A stretch of DNA of 64,000 bases, taken from positions 2,108,001 to 2,172,000 of the forward strand of contig CP110440.1 in NCBI GenBank assembly GCA_026914245.1, given 5' to 3'. The stretch comes from Puccinia triticina (lineage: Eukaryota). Position numbers and translations under genes: made by a program. The notes beneath the pieces are model-generated. The model ran no database searches and was not told the origin of the DNA. It saw only the letters and a program-made list of their open reading frames with translations. Below, one piece after another: positions 13,733 to 26,235 of the stretch; position 1 is the stretch's first letter; every line of letters begins with the position of its first letter.

Positions 13733-15474
13733 GAATTCCTGCTTGGAATGAATATCCGGCGCTTCTCCGATGTAAGACTCAAAAGTGGTTGTGGAACCCT
13801 TTTGCTGAATGGAGGAAGGTATGGATGAGGTGCAAACTCTGCCTTTCTATGTATCAGAAAACAAGACCACCAAGGTAAGCTTGGCAATTTTATTTAGTGA
13901 TAAGGATGTGTTCGAAGATGAAAGGTATAGTTGGATGATATATGATATGTTGACTGGTCAGAAAAGACTTGATGACTTAGGTGGGGCTTGAACCCAGGTC
14001 CTTGGGCTGAGGGTATATAAGGCTGAAAAGATGAAGCCAAGGTTTGAGAGCTGTGCTTTGGCTAGGATTGGAACAGAGGGCTTTAGAACTTGTGAAAGGT
14101 TCGTGAAACTAAGTATGACTGTGAATTGCAAGTAAATACCTGTGATATGTATGTGTAATAAATAACTGTGACAGGTGGATAAAAAATATGTGGGTGCCAG
14201 ATGGCATGAGGGAGGAAACAACTGGCAGGCAGAGGCCTCCTTATATAGTAAACTGAAAAGGGGTCTAACTTCTAGGGGGTTACATTAGTTTCATATGTAT
14301 GCATGGTCAAAACAATGGCCAACTTGTGGTTGAGTGAAATAAAAGGAAGGAAATAAAAGAAACAAAGGAATTCAATATGAGGTATTCAATATCCTATGCA
14401 ATGTATCCTAGAGCTGAGTTGTGTGTGAAACCATGTGTGAAATACTATGTGAACTGTCCCAGATTGGTGCGTGAAAGGTGTGATCCGTGTATCTTCTGAT
14501 CCAGTAGAGATATGGTGGTGGTCTGAGTTGGTGACTAAGGGTTGTTTTGGCCGTAGATTCCATTTCTGCAGTCCATGTGGTGATATCTTGAGGCATTTAG
14601 AGAGTACAAATAAAAGTTTGAATTTTTCACCTGCAAACACAGGAATAACGACTACACCAATGGCCTTCAAATCAATCAGACGCAATACATTGAATGTAAG
14701 ACTTAACCCCAGAGAGCCACTCAAGAAAGCCACTGCTCCCAAAATCAACCTGTTCAGCAAAATTGACATTAATTATTGAGCGCTAGTGGGATCCCGAAAC
14801 TACCTCAGTATCCTGACACATCCGGACATATTCTTTGCAGTCAGCTCCCTATCACAGTATCTTGAAAGCCCCAGAATCAAACATTATCAAGCAGCAGTTC
14901 AAGTCTTTCAATACTTGTTGGGTACTAGGCACGTCGGATTGACCTTCAACAGGTCAGAGAAGGCTCAACTTCATGCATTCTCCAATGCCGACTGGGGCAA
15001 TTGTCTGGACACTAGATGTTCCACCTCTGGCTTCCTAGTGGCTACCTAATAAACTGGAAGTCATGCAGACAGCCAACTGTCTTGCTATCGACGGCGAAGG
15101 CCAAATACAAGGCAATGTTGGACTTGGGGCGGGATCTTGCCTGGTTCGCAAGCCTCATCACCAAAGTTCAGCTGCAGAAATCTGTCAGCAACATAGCAGT
15201 ATTGGTCGACAATCAGGGCGCAATCAATCTAGCAAACAGAGAAATGACACAGAACAGCTTCAGAACAAAGCATATGAACATTTGTCTTCACTTTGTGCGC
15301 GAGCTAATCACACTCCGCCTCATCAAGCTTCATTATGTCAAGACCAAATCAAACACGGCCGACTTCCTCACCAAGGCGATTGGAAGATCAATCATTCGGC
15401 GCTCCCTCAGCCAACTAGGAGTCATCCAAGTCTCAGAAGCTGCTTCTAATCTTACAACTAGAAGCATGCCAGGC
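13733..15474 (+). pseudogene. Copia RT/RNase H fragment, interrupted by an LTR
   Basis: FLLGMNI..GLQINQTQYIE, THPDIFFAVSSLSQY, SNADWG, WKSCRQPTV.LST, VDNQGAI, RTKHM, ADFLTK. Confidence 0.9.
13771..14656 (-). mobile_element. Solo LTR (family A)
   Basis: tgtaagactc...gactaca ends; 4-bp TSD ccga/ccaa; removal restores FSDGLQ. Confidence 0.9.
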
Positions 15475-16377
15475 TGTAAGAATACAGCTCCAGACCCCCC
15501 AGACCACCCGCAGCATTCAACTAGAAAGCGTGCGAGGTTAAGCCAAGCTGCGCAAATAGGTATGTCCATTTGCCGCAGTCCAGACCAGAAACCTAACCCA
15601 AGTCGTTGCTGATGTATCGCATGCTGTTTACAGAAGCAAATGCAGAAGATCAAACCTTAGTGGTCAACGCGCGGGAATCGGAATCAACAGACTCAGACAG
15701 AACCTTGTGCGTACCAAGTGATGATAAAGTCTGCCTTCAACAAAGCTGACTGATTTGCAATTCTTAACAGAATCCTCACAGAGCGCCTTGGCCCCAAGAC
15801 AACTAGCAAACTGCTCAGCAGGATCACTGAAGACTTTGACATTTGTGGGTCTTCAGGTCCTAGAAACCACAGACCAAAACAACAAGCTAACAGATATTTG
15901 ATTCTCATTTGTCATTCAGAACCAGACCTTGCTGATTTATTCAGGCAAGATAAAACAAAGCTATTCAAATAGCATTTGTATATTTTTGCAAGTCCCAGAC
16001 ATTCAAAGCAACAGAGCCAGATCAGACAGAACTAACAAACACCTTGTGTCATAGTTCTCAAATTAGTCACATTGACTATAGCGCCAAACGCTTAATCAAT
16101 TCTCAGCGCAAAAGCAAAGTAAGGGAGAGCTAGTCCTGTGAGACAGATAGAAGCACGACTGACCCCGATTGTGCAGATTCTTCTCTTCTCTCAATTCTCA
16201 GATCAAAGCTTTCTTTCTTCTCTCTATCCAGCCGTTAGGCAAAAGACAAAGCTAGCGCGTTCCTGCTTTCAGGTGATTTCTATTCACTATTCAGAAGTTT
16301 CTCTTCATCATCAAAGGTTTTCATTAGCTAGCAGAGTCTTTAATTAGAATTATTATTTTCAGTTGCTCCTATTTTTT
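15475..16377 (+). mobile_element. Probable 3' LTR of the Copia fragment; right end not found
   Basis: tgtaag starts directly after the end of RNase H; non-coding sequence follows. Confidence 0.45.
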
Positions 16378-17532
16378 CAGTTTGCCTGTGGAGTTTTGCT
16401 CCCAGGAAGACTGCTTTAGCAGTTTGCCTGTGGAGTTTTGCTCCCAGGAAGACTGCTTTAGCAGTTTGCCTGTGGAGTTGTGCTCCCAGGAAGACTGCTT
16501 TAGCAGTTTGCCTGTGGAGTTTTGCTCCCAGGAAGACTGCTTTAGCAGTTTGCCTGTGGAGTTTTGCTCCCAGGAAGACTGCTTTAGCAGTTTGCCTGTG
16601 GAGTTTTGCTCCCAGGAAAACTGCTTTAGCAGTTTGCCTGTGGAGTTTTGCTCCCAGGAAGACTGCTTTAGCAGTTTGCCTGTGGAGTTTTGCTCCCAGG
16701 AAGACTGCTTTAGCAGTTTGCCTGTGGAGTTTTGCTCCCAGGAAGACTGCTTTAGCAGTTTGCCTGTGGAGTTTTGCTCCCAGGAAGACTGCTTTAGCAG
16801 TTTGCCTGTGGAGTTTTGCTCCCAGGAAGACTGCTTTAGCAGTTTGCCTGTGGAGTTTTGCTCCCAGGAAGACTGCTTTAGCAGTTTGCCTGTGGAGTTT
16901 TGCTCCCAGGAAGACTGCTTTAGCAGTTTGCCTGTGGAGTTTTGCTCCCAGGAAAACTGCTTTAGCAGTTTGCCTGTGGAGTTTTGCTCCCAGGAAAACT
17001 GCTTTAGCAGTTTGCCTGTGGAGTTTTGCTCCCAGGAAAACTGCTTTAGCAGTTTGCCTGTGGAGTTTTGCTCCCAGGAAAACTGCTTTAGCAGTTTGCC
17101 TGTGGAGTTTTGCTCCCAGGAAAACTGCTTTAGCAGTTTGCCTGTGGAGTTTTGCTCCCAGGAAAACTGCTTTAGCAGTTTGCCTGTGGAGTTTTGCTCC
17201 CAGGAAAAATTGCTTTAGCAGTTTGCCTGTGGAGTTTTGCTCCCAGGAAAACTGCTTTAGCAGTTTGCCTGTGGAGTTTTGCTCCCAGGAAAACTGCTTT
17301 AGCAGTTTGCCTGTGGAGTTTTGCTCCCAGGAAAACTGCTTTAGCAGTTTGCCTGTGGAGTTTTGCTCCCAGGAAAACTGCTTTAGCAGTTTGCCTGTGG
17401 AGTATTGTTCCAGGAAAACTGCTTTAGCAGTTTGCCTGTGGAGTTTTGCTCCCAGGAAAACTGCTTTAGCAGTTTGCCTGTGGAGTTTTTCTCCCAGGAA
17501 AAATTGCTTTAGCAGTTTTAGCAGTTTGCCTG
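16378..17532. repeat. 42-bp minisatellite, about 27 units
   Basis: tttgcctgtggagttttgctcccaggaa(g/a)actgctttagcag; two hairpins per unit. Confidence 0.97.
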
Positions 17533-17584
17533 CGGAGATTTGCCCTCAGGAATTGGCTAGCACTGGCAGGTTATGACCTACATA

Positions 17585-18700
17585 GTTGCCGAGCAGGTAA
17601 AAGCTCGCCAAGCAGGTACTTTTACCTGCTCGGCCATTGGGATGACCTGCTCGCTGAGCAGGTACAGTTACAGGTACCTGCTCCGGCGCGGCCAGCAGGT
17701 CAACTGGCCAAGCAGGTAACAGTACCTGCTGGGCAAGCAGGTACTTGTTCCCGCTTCGAAGCGGCTACAGGTATCTGCTTGAAGATCAGGTCAACCTGCT
17801 TACCAAGCAGGTAAAAGCACCTGCTTGGTGGGCAGGTCATCCTGATGGCCGAGCAGGTAAAAGTAAAAATACCTGCTCGGCGAGCAGGTTGACCTACTCG
17901 GCGAGCAGGGAAAAGCTCACCAAGCAGGTACTGTTACCTGCTTGGCCAGCAGGATGACCCGCTGGCCGAGCCGGAGAAGGTACGTGTAACTGTACCTGCC
18001 CGGCGACCAGGTTGATGGCCGAGTAGGTAAAAATACCTGCTCGGCGAGCTGTTACCTGCTTGGCCAGTAGGATGACCCGCTGGCCGAGCCGGAGCAGGTA
18101 CCTGTAACTGTACCTGCTCAGCGAGCAGGTCATCCCAATGGCCGAGCAGGTAAAAGTACCTGCTCGGAGAGCTTTTACCTGCTCGGCAAGTAGGTCAACC
18201 TGCTCGCCGAGCAGGTACTGTTACCTGCTTGGCCAGCAGGATGACCCGCTGGCCGAGCCGGAGCAGGTACCTGTAACTGTACCTGCCCGGCGACCAGGTT
18301 GATGGCCGAGCAGGTAGAAATACCTGCTCCGCGAGCTTTTACCTGCTCGGCGAGTAGGTCAACCTGCTCGCCGAGCAGGTACTATTTCCTGGCCAGCAGG
18401 TTGAACTGCTGGCCGAGTCGGAGCAAGTACCTGTAACCGTACATGCTCGACAAGCAGGTTATGCTAATGGCCGAGCAGGTAAAAGTACCTGCTCGACAAG
18501 CTTTTACCTGCTCGGCGAGTAGGTCAGCCTGCTCGCCGACCAGGTACTGTTACCTGCTTGGCCAGCAGGTTGACCCGCTCGCTGGCCAGGTACCTGAACC
18601 TGCTTCGCCTGCAGGTTGACCTGCTCGGCCAGCAGCTTGACAGGTTAACCTGCTGGCGAAGCGGGTATAGTACCTGTACGTGATCGGGCAGCACTGCTCG
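17585..18700. repeat. cctgctcggc/gccgagcagg foldback-type repeat
   Basis: 17587-17690 is the inverted copy of 18087-18188; higher-order repeats to the right. Confidence 0.85.
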
Positions 18701-18837
18701 CTAGTCTGAGCAGTCTGCTTGGACCGGCGAGTCGAGTTCTTGGACCAGCGAGCAGACTGCTCCGGCCACTGTGGCTCGACGTGCTAACTGCCGGAGGGCT
18801 CCTCCCCGGGAAAGTTCTCCGAGGAGGGTGGAACAGC

Positions 18838-19000
18838 CGATGATTCAAAATCATCGGCTGTTGACTCACCGATGATTCGAAATCATCGGTGATTTACCCA
18901 CCGATGATTTGAAATCATCGGTGATTTACCCACCGATGATTCGAAATCATCGGTGATTTACCCACCGATCATTTGAAATCCTCGGTGATTGACCCACCAA
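18838..19000. repeat. 32-bp minisatellite with caccgatgatt-cga-aatcatcggtg hairpin
   Basis: About 5 tandem units. Confidence 0.9.
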
Positions 19001-20189
19001 TGTTCATTTTACTCGGTGGGTCCGTAACCGAGCTTTCATATCAGATGAAAGCTTGCTTGAGCTGTCAACCGAGCTTCCATTGCTCGGTTGGTGGCGGCCG
19101 AGGTTAACTCGGCTGTCCACTGATCAAGGAATTTACTTCGTCGGTCAGACAGCCTGCCGATTTTGGCTTGGCCGCGGACCAGCCAAGTTTGAATCGGGTG
19201 GCAAAACCCTTGGGTTACTGTCCCCCGATGTCAACTCGGATGCGGATTGCATTGGATACGCGCAACCAATGTTAAATCGGTTGCGTGCATCCCAGATTAA
19301 CGGGGATGCGCGCATCCAAGGCTTAAATGCTGGCAGTTCTCTAGAAGAGGTTGAGTATTGGGTCCGGTGGTGTTGTCTGGCTGTTATTTTTTAATTTTTA
19401 ATTTTTTGATCAATATGCAGGGGAAACCCTTGATCTTTGTTTTTGTGATTGGCTGTCTTTAATAAACTCAGATTTGGCAACGCTACAGGAGGACTATTCC
19501 TTTTTGGGGCGTGCAAATGGCTGCAAAAGTAATATTTGGCCGTTCAGGACTAGTCTAAAACACTTCTAACTAGTAGGGGTTGTTACGTGTGTCCTCTCTT
19601 CTAGATTGGGCCACTTATGATGCTCCTGTATGATAATTAGTCTGAAACACATGGTCATTGTTTCAGGCTAATTTACAGGTTACATAATGGTAATTACTGT
19701 TTGGGACATGCAGGCTGTCACGTGTGGCCAATTGTTCTGCTTTGGTCTACACAATGACATCACATGTACCAATTGGTTGGTACTTCTTATCTCTGTGCGT
19801 CAAGAATGTCTTATTTACATCATTACATATGTAATGGAACATTCTAGGCGCTCATGGGACTCAGAAGGTGTCATATCTTTATAGTATAGCGTGATTACGG
19901 CCTTTTTGGGTGTCTGTGGCGCTTACAAGCATATTTACCTGAGTATATAAGCATGAGCGCTACTTTATCCGTGGTGACTGGGTATATTTTCATGTGTAAT
20001 TTACACAAGGAAGGAGTAAGAATTTAGGGTACGTTGCAATGAAGTACCCTCGTTTATTTTAGGCGTAGATTAGGAATCTGAAGTAATATTCTACAATTTA
20101 CATATGTAAGAGTACGTAATAATGTCTCTTTCATAGGTAATATTTATACTTTTTATGGTGTTACATATGTAGGAGATTAGTAATAATTA

Positions 20190-20378
20190 GGGTGTTCAAA
20201 GTTGACTTGCATAAAATCATAACACCATAAAATCATAAAATTCTAAGCTGAAAAAAATATGTTGCACCCAAGCACTCAAATTAGAGCAATATTTCTAGAA
20301 TGGTACATATGAAATCATCACTTGAAAGTTTTATGATTTTATGCATTGAAAATTTTATGATTTCAACTTTGAACACCC
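20190..20378. mobile_element. PIF/Harbinger (Tourist-like) MITE
   Basis: 16-bp TIR gggtgttcaaagttga; TTA TSD on both sides. Confidence 0.9.
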
Positions 20379-20428
20379 TTAATGTCTCTAACATATGTAA
20401 CAATTTTTATTTTTTTTCTGTGATATTA

Positions 20429-21068
20429 TGTCACGGTGGCTCTGACATGGTAGCCAGTTGACAGCTGAGATGAGAGATAACTCAGCCGACTGGTCGTTCA
20501 GAGGAGCAAGTGAGGTCCCTTCACTTGACCAAGCAAAGGGGTGCAATGTGGAAGGCTTTGGGGATGGCCGAGTGATGGGAGGCGCTGTGGGTTGCTCATC
20601 GGACAGCTGAGATTTTTCCTCTGCAATTGATTGGCTGCCAAAGAAGGCAGACAAAAGACTGCTAGAGGTAGAGGGCTATGATGCATTCTGAGCTGCAGGA
20701 GGAACAGAAGGGTTATTCAAGACTACAGGAACTTTAGATTCAGGGTGAACCAAGAAAGCAGTGAGGGGAGAATAAGTAGTCCAAGCCGTCTCCGCTTGTT
20801 TCTTTCCTGCACACTTTTCCGGACCGGACCCCTCTGCTTGTGGGCAGCGGAGTCCTGTCCGTAGATCCGGTGGTCCCTACTCGTGAGTAGGTTTTCACCG
20901 GGATCGGTGTTTGGGTCTTGGGTGAGAGCTCCCTTGAAACCTTCTAGGTTTCATCAATCACTCGGTGTGACCCGGCTAAGATTCAATATCTTGAGCCAGT
21001 TATCAGTGATCTAAAGGAGTCTCTCCTCCTGGGGCAGAGAGGGAAACAAAGGGGCCACTGTCGTAACA
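20429..21068. mobile_element. LTR-like segment
   Basis: tgtcacg...cgtaaca ends; no matching TSD. Confidence 0.45.
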
Positions 21069-21298
21069 AACAGCAGCGAGATGGGGGGATAGTGCTACAC
21101 CACTAACTCAGGGAGAAGCCTGAGCCTACGCGAGCCCCCCAACTTTGACCCTCTCATCTTGTGAGACCACGCATGAATGTAACAGAAAGAATAGACAAGG
21201 GTAGAAATATCTGAAATCATATGAAAACTGCGCCCATGCCCGCGTGTGTCGCGTTGGGTAGTTAATGTGTCGTACAAATTTTCAAACCACAAACAGGA

Positions 21299-23386
21299 CA
21301 CCAGGAAAAAAAAGTAGTCAGTTGATGACGACTGACATAACACAGCTCTGGTTTCAGCTCCAAAGCTACTCCATCTGCTAGTTCAGGGCTGGCTGGCACA
21401 CAGCTCAGTGCCCATTTTGGCACAGCTGAAGCCTCTAGCTTGCAATTTTCACAAGCTGCTCCTCAGCTTTGTCCCAGGCAAAGCTGCTGCTCAGCCTTGG
21501 CCTAGGCCCAGCTGCCCCTCAGTCTTGGCACAGGACAAGCCACTGCTCAGCCTTTGCCTGAGCAAGAACGGGTGTTGATAAACACACACCCATCCCCCGG
21601 AGGCAAGCCCTCGCCCACGCCCTTTGAAAAGGGCGTGTGGGACCGCACACCCTTGATAAAGGGAAAAAGGGCATGCACACCCCTGTATGGGCGTGCGAGG
21701 GCGTGCACGCCCCCACATGGGCGTTCACGGGCGTGCACCATGGCTCGTCGGGAGCTCCTCGGCGGGCAGATGCAAGTATACCTGCTCGCCGAGAGCCCCT
21801 CGGCGGGCAGTTACAGATACCACCTCGCCGAGAGCCTCTCGGAGAGCAGGTATACATGCACCTGCTCGCCGAGAGCCTTGCCTGCTCGCCGAGAAGGATA
21901 ACTCTCGGCGAGCAGGTATACAAACACCTACCCGCCGAGCCTGCTCACCGAGAGCCCCTCGGCGGGCAGGTGCATGTATACCTGCTCGCGCAGAGAAATC
22001 CTCGGCGAGCAGGCATACAGATCCCACCTCGCCAAGAGCCTCTCGGCGAGCAGGTATACATACACCTGCCCACCGAGCCTGCTCACCGAGAGCCCCTCGG
22101 CGGGCAGGTGCATTTATACCTGCTCGCCGAGAGAAATCCTCGGCGAGCAGGCATACATATCCCACCTCGCCAAGAGCCTCTCGGCGAGCAGGTATACTTG
22201 CACCTGCCCGCGGAGAGGCTCTTGGTGAGCAGGCTCGGCGGGCAGGTGCATGTATACCTGGTCGCCGAGAGAAATCCTCGGCGAGCAGGCATACACCTCT
22301 CGGCGAGCAGGCATACACCTCTCGGCGAGCAGGCATACATATCCCCGCTCGCCGAGAGCCTTGCCTGCTCGCCGAGAAGGATAACTCTCGGCGAGCAGGT
22401 ATACAAACACCTGCCCGCCGAGCCTGCTCGCCAAGAGCCCCTCGGCGGGCAGGTTCAAGTATAACTTCTCGCCAAGAGCCCCTCGGCGGGCAGGTTCAAC
22501 TATACCTGCTCGCCGAGAGGCTCTTGGCGAGGTGGGATATGTATGCCTGCTCGCCGAGGATTTCTCTCGGCGAGCAGGTATAAATGCACCTGCCCGCCGA
22601 GGGGCTCTCGGTGAGCAGGCTCGGTGGGCAGGTGTATGTATACCTGCTCGCCGAGAGGCTCTCGGCGAGGTGGGATCTGTATGCCTGCTCGCCGAGGATT
22701 TCTCTGCGCGAGCAGGTATACATGCACCTGCCCGCCGAGGGGCTCTCGGTGAGCAGGCTCGGCGGGCAGGTCTGCTCGCCGAGAGGCTCTCGGCGAGGTG
22801 GGATCTGTATGCCTGGAGCAGGTGTACATGCACCTGCCCGCCGAGGGGCTCTCGGTGAGCAGGCTCGGCGGGCAGGTGTTTGTATACCTGCTCGCCGAGA
22901 GTTATCCTTGTCGGCGAGCAGGGATACATACACCATACCCGCCGAGGGGCTCTCGGCGAGCAGGTATATGTACTTGCGCCAACCCACCGAGGGGCTCTCG
23001 GCGAGCAGGCACGGTGCACGCTTGTGCACGCCTATGTGGGGGCGTGCACGCCCTTGATAAAGGGTGCGCGGTCCCACACGCCCTGTTCGAAGGGCATGGT
23101 CGTGGGCGTGCCCCCGGAGGACAGGTGTGCATTTATCAATGCCCGTTCTTGCTCAGGCAAAGGCTTGGTCGTGGGCGTGCCCCCGGAGGACAGGTGTGCA
23201 TTTATCAATGCCCGTTCTTGCTCAGGCAAAGGCTGAGCAGTGGCTTGTCCTGCGCCAAGACTGGAGGCAGCTGTGCCTGGGACAAAGCTGAGGATCAGCT
23301 TGTGAAAATTGCACTAGAGGCTGGATAGCCAGCTGGAGCAGGTGTCATGTCAGTTGTCATCTAGTGACTACTGATTTTTCCTGGTG
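21299..23386. mobile_element. Non-autonomous CACC-terminated foldback element (CACTA/CMC-like)
   Basis: caccaggaaaaa...tttttcctggtg; 3-bp TSD gga; arms mirror each other up to the centre near 22490. Confidence 0.88.
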
Positions 23387-23572
23387 GGACCTGACCCAGA
23401 ACACCTTCCAAATATTCTGGAAGGGCAACAACCAACTGGTTTTGCACTTCTTGGCCGGACCTGTTCCCTCTTGACAAAGCGTCCGCAACATTATTCTTAG
23501 AAGACACCCGTCGTGCAATGAGGTTCACATTTGCTTTGATGAGGATCGCCTGAATTTTCATCCATTCACCAT

Positions 23573-24563
23573 TGTAAGACTCAAAAGACCAAGGTAAGCT
23601 TGGCAATTTATTTTGTGATAGAATATGTTTGAAGATGAGATATATAAGAGGATTGTTTGTTGATGTCCGAGGTTGATGGGGTTACTGATGTATGAGTTAG
23701 GTGACGGTGACTTGTTGTCTCAAGTGGGGCTTGAACCTAGGTCCTTGGCCTGGAGGTATATAAGTTCAGAAAGTGAGGAGTGATGAGGGTGAGAGGGAGC
23801 TAAGCTCAACCAGGAGTGGAACCGGGGACTGGTTACTGGTGAAAGGTGTGTGACTGAGTGGTGATATAAATTCCAAATAAAGTGTGAAAGATATGTGAAA
23901 CTGAGTGGTGATATGAACTGATAACTGTGATATGGATAGAGGATAATATCAGTCGTGATAAGTGAGTAGGGAATATAGACTGTCGGATGGCATGAGGATC
24001 TGAGGGGGAATGTCCCCTGATGGGATGAGGAGAAAACAACTCGTAGGCAGAGGCCTCCTTATATAGACAATGATGAGTGAATTTAGCTCCAGGGGAGCAG
24101 CTTTGACGGAATTTGGCTGGTGGGAAAGTACAACTGAGGGAATTTAGCTAGACTATCTACAATGCATCCCTTTGATATGCAAACAAGATCATATATATTC
24201 ATACAAGGATTTTCCAAGACCATAGGTATGCAAATGAGAAACAAACATATGCAAAGAGAAAATAGGAGGTGAGGAATGATAAAAGGAAGGACAAAAATTA
24301 ATTCATGTGCCGTATGCATTATGCCAAGTATGGTAGCCAAGAGTTGAGTCTGTGTGTGAACCCACTTGGACTGGTGCGTGAAAGGGGTGATTTGCGTATC
24401 TTCTGATCCAGTAGAGATATGAGGGTGGTTTCAGTGGGTGGCTAGGGGTTATTTTGGTCCTAGATTCCATTTCTGATGTCAATTTGGCTTTATCTTGAGG
24501 ATTTTTGTGAGTACACATAAAAGTTTGAATTTTTCTCCTACAAACACAGGAATAATGACCACA
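23573..24563 (-). mobile_element. Solo LTR (family A, divergent)
   Basis: tgtaagactc...gaccaca ends; 4-bp TSD ccat/ccat. Confidence 0.9.
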
Positions 24564-26235
24564 CCATTTGTTTGAACGTCACACGACCGCTTGTTGTTGA
24601 TACCATTCTCTGCAGTTTTGTTATCCGTCCAGACAACCAGAGTCTTGCCTCTTTGATATCGTAGCATCAGGAGCATGAGCAAACCGAGACGAACTGCTAC
24701 CGTTTCTAGATATGATATCCTTTGCGGGCGACCTCTTGGGTCATGCAATTTAAACTGAGCCCAGTAGCAGCTGATCTGTACACCAACGCCAAAAGAAGTC
24801 CACGCGTCTCCTACCCAACCAACGTCTATTGTTGGTCCGTAGTTGATGATGCGCGTGGGTTCAAAGTTCTCCAGTGTCTCTTTCCATACCGCCAGATCTA
24901 TCAGGGCGTCCTTGGGAGGGTGTCGCACCGCCTTGCAATATTGCCAAGACATCAACCACCGATATAGCGAGTTTAAGCAGCATCTCATATGCGGCAAGAT
25001 GTATGCTACGTGGTTGAGCCTTCCCGCGAGTAGCTCCACTTGTTCATACACAAATTTGTCTTCCTTGTTGAGGAAAGGCAACAATTGTGTTATGCGTTTT
25101 TTGATCTTGCCATCTGGTAGGCAAACCGTTTTCTCAAGTCCGTTCCACACGAAACCAATAAACTTTTGCTCCGCTGAGAAGGGTGAGAACCTCTTCTTGT
25201 TTGGCAAAACGCCTAGACTTTTAGACTTCACAACTATTTCCTTCATGTCTGTCTCCCCGCCAAGTGGCCTGACAAAGAGGTTGTCATCAACCCACCAAAA
25301 AATGTTAATCAAATCAAAATGGTGCTTCATGATTGATTTCCACGCGTCCGCTGGCCTCCCAAAGAAGCCGCAGCCAGCTACCCCTCCAAAAGTAATCCGG
25401 GTTTCTAGAAAGAATTTGCCATTAAATTTTTTTACTAGTAAATACTTCCATTGATACATTCAAGTGGGAATCTGTCTGTAGGCTTCCTCCCAGCCGAAAA
25501 AAAAGCTAGTTCTACTGGCCATTCCTCTTCAGCAAAAAATTTTGAGACCACGTTAAAATCATCCCAATTGGTGCCGAAATCGTTTTTTTTCACAAAAGAA
25601 TTCACCGATTTGATGTTCGCGTCATTCCTAGGGTAAGAAAGGTCGTTTATAGGTCTGATTGCGCCGTCGTTGTTCACCACCGCGCCCAGAGGGTTCGACC
25701 GGAAAAAAACCAAATTTAGATGCAACTTCCTCTTGAGTGAAAGGCCCAAACATGCGACCTGCCAATAGCTCCTTGTTGATTGAATCTTCTATTTTGTATT
25801 TTGCTTGTTCGGAAGACGTATGGTTATTGGGAGTGAAAAATGGCATTCTGTCTATGACGTGCTCTGGGATTCCCTGGTTAAAGCCGAACTCAAAACCGGT
25901 TAATACATCACCATACTCTTCAATCAGCCCATACTTCACCAAGCAAATCCTCCACTCCACTAGATTCATCTTGCATTCCACTTTTGAGGGCCATGTCCTA
26001 CTTTTGGCATGAGCAATATATTGAGATGTTGGGGATTCATTCCACTCAACTCTTACACTCATATCGCTACACGCACTGAAAAAAGAGGCAATTGCAACGG
26101 GAGAAAGAAATAACAAAAAATTTCAGAAAAAAGTAACCAATGTTCTTGGATCACAAGGATAAAAAATAACCACGCATTCAATGACATGAATGGCGACCTC
26201 CATAGGCGACAATGACCAAAAGGAAAAAGGGGGAG

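Larger units (their letters stand above)
21282..26062 (-). pseudogene. DIRS/Ngaro-like retroelement 2: pol (RT-RNase H), frameshifted and carrying two insertions
   Basis: RPINDLSYP, TRITFGGVAGCG, WVDDNLF, VWTDN, ADALSRG; removing the inserts restores QTNGEWMKI and GQVLFVV-stop. Confidence 0.92.

Noticed and set aside
13975..14015. tRNA gene
   Set aside because: Only a T-arm/B-box-like motif is present; no cloverleaf
14695..14703. tgtaagact matching the family A LTR end
   Set aside because: Explained by Copia coding sequence; no further LTR homology follows
16378..17532. CRISPR-like array of palindromic repeats
   Set aside because: Units abut with no unique spacers, there are no cas genes, and the context is eukaryotic
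21491..23328. Many overlapping ORFs of 60-300 aa
   Set aside because: Read-through of a GC-rich palindromic repeat; no domain motifs
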